Shown here in pieces: positions 62,240-64,000 of a stretch of DNA of 64,000 nt. The position numbers and the translations under genes are program-made. The stretch is from Trichosphaerium sp. ATCC 40318. Its lineage: Eukaryota; Protista; Tubulinea. Below the pieces are notes generated by a model. The model was not told where the DNA came from and made no database searches. It worked only from the letters and a program-made list of their open reading frames with translations. The DNA lies in assembly GCA_038496445.1 (NCBI GenBank), contig JALMLS010000299.1:124001-188000 (forward strand), written 5' to 3'. Position 1 is the stretch's first letter; each line of letters starts with the position of its first letter.

Positions 62240-64000
62240 TTAGTTTTGTACTACCAGGTATCTGGACTTTTTGCGTGTATGCCACCATCGTCCAATTACA
62301 AAGAAGAGACTAATCAATACTGCAATTCCAAATATGGTAACAAGTGTAGAAAGGATTGGAAAAGTGCCTCGTTAAATTTTAGCTAATTAATCACGTGTGC
62401 TTAGCTAACCTTTGTGACTGATGTGAAAAAATCTGACTGAGTAACCGCTCAACTCTTCCGTAAATTTACCATTCTCTACTTGACGGTCTTTATCATCGTT
62501 GAACAGTAAATCCTAGCACTGTATTTCACAAGTGTTTACAAAAAACTTATCTTACTTGGACTTTAGCGTCATAGTTAACATTCTTGAAGTTCACTACAAC
62601 ATCTGTCGAGAGATCATTATCATTTGCCATCATCATGTATAAGTCAGAAGCAGACTCATCCCATGCTCTAGAGAATAGTGAGTTGAAGATCTACGATAGA
62701 AATACCTATATGAGATTTCAAAATCAGCAGCAAGTAACCCGATTGAACGTGAAGACTCAAGGTTAGTTGTTATAGATATCATCGAGGCAAGCTTGTATAT
62801 CTTAGAATGTCCGCAAGCATATACAAAGTACCTGAGCTTTCATGTGTGCGGTGGTGTTAAATAGTGTTTCTGAAACTTCTGGTACCTTGGAGAAAGTGAT
62901 TCCGTACATTACCTCAAAGGTTGTTAATAAGCACTGATTAGAAAGATAGTGTACATTTTGAAGAATACTGGCAAACACCATGTATTTCATTTCAATTTCA
63001 CTTGGTTGCCTCTTCCATGTTGGGTTCTGTACATTCCCTGTCAATCTTCAGCGTCTAATGCCTAAGCCAAACACATACCCTTCGCTTGTAGCATTGGTAT
63101 TATTGGCAACAAATTGTGATTTACAAGGTTGTATTTCTTTAGTCTATTTACAACATCTGTGGGAGCACCGCTGCAATGGTCACAAGCACAAGTTGGACCT
63201 GGACAACTGTTGGTATCAATCCCCTATTGTCAATAAGTGTAACGAGGATAACCTTAACGCACAATAGGAAATACGGCAGCTATAGCAACGTCGGCTGTTT
63301 TACCAAAAGCTTCAGATGTAAACATACAGCCAAGCACGTTTGTAACTGGGTGGAAAGCATCATTAGATTTGATGAATCTGTAAGTCTCTTTCAATTCCGT
63401 AGGTTGCACTCCCTTAGCCTTTACATTTGTTATTTTTTATGTTGCTATTTATATGAGTTGTACATCTTCTTCAAAACCTATATTCCAAGCAAATACTGCA
63501 GGATGATTCTTGAAGGCTTGCATGTGCGAAGCAACCGCTGTTTTATTATGCCAAAAATCTTCAAAACTGTAGTATACTTTTAATCCTGGTAAAGGTTAGT
63601 ATATATCTTACAACGTAACAAATTACGACCTGATAAGTGTATAGCATCCATTAACTTCTCCCATTCGGCGGTGATACCCATTGGTGTGCCTCTGGGGTAA
63701 ACTGTTGTAAATCCTGCAGCATGTTATCCTCAGCCAAATACCAAGTAGTACCTCTAGCTGCAATAGCATCCCAGGTGCTTTGAGTTTGATTAACCAACCA
63801 ATCATAGTCGTAGCTATATCCATATGGTATAAAAATGTCACCACCTTATTTGACGAAGTGTAAGTTTTCAATCATTGTGCGCCACGTGCTTTTTGTAAGA
63901 AAAGTTTTTTTGATGAGGTTAACAGAGATCATATTGGAGGGAGCGTCAAGTCTTGAGTACGTCAACCTAGCACATTCATTAGACGTTTACAAACAGTGGC
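62240..64000 (-). CDS. Type I membrane glycoside hydrolase-like protein (clan A TIM barrel); 5' end probably beyond window
   Basis: FKNHPAVFAWNIGFEED, YRFIKSNDAFHPVTNVLGC, ADVAIAAVFPI, CACDHC; C-terminal TM helix then RKKSRYLVVQN*. Confidence 0.65.

Noticed and set aside
1-64000. Fragmented ORFs as pseudogenes or an alternative genetic code
   Set aside because: Breaks I checked are explained by short spliceosomal introns under the standard code; TAA, TAG and TGA all act as stops.

Overview
Compact, intron-dense eukaryotic DNA, most consistent with a free-living amoeboid protist (taxon is inference only). By manual splicing I find about 30 protein-coding genes in 64 kb, with mostly 30-60 nt GT-AG introns and very short intergenic spacers. 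The ORF track therefore fragments almost every gene, and gene ends below are my hand-spliced estimates. Genes in order: C2 + PQG-rich protein, IFRD, RCC1-BTB, two intronless genes (F-box-like orphan, truncated TFIIB-like), Nup214, translin, WIP/verprolin, F-box/LRR, prenylcysteine methylesterase-like, cap N7-methyltransferase-2-like, TRAPPC14/Trs65-like, Hsp10, FIH-like JmjC, ARM-BTB, MAK-like kinase, METTL25-like, 4-helix/EF/FHA/PBZ protein, 'DWY...YPxxxW' repeat protein, TEP1, CDP-alcohol phosphotransferase, myristoylated orphan, chorismate synthase, FANCB-like, PPT1, cytochrome b5-ACAD, LTO1, proline iminopeptidase, nitrilase-family amidase, membrane-anchored clan-A glycosidase (5' truncated). 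No rRNA, tRNA, CRISPR or transposase was seen. Best leads: (1) a Nup214 carrying an in-frame C2 domain with all five Ca2+-binding Asp positions; (2) a protein combining an MLKL/HeLo-like helical bundle, Cbl-like EF-hand, FHA and PAR-binding zinc finger, close to TEP1; (3) a U12-type minor intron and a GC-AG intron in translin; (4) a long, highly structured intron; (5) a perfect 26-bp palindrome at a poly(A) site/promoter junction.
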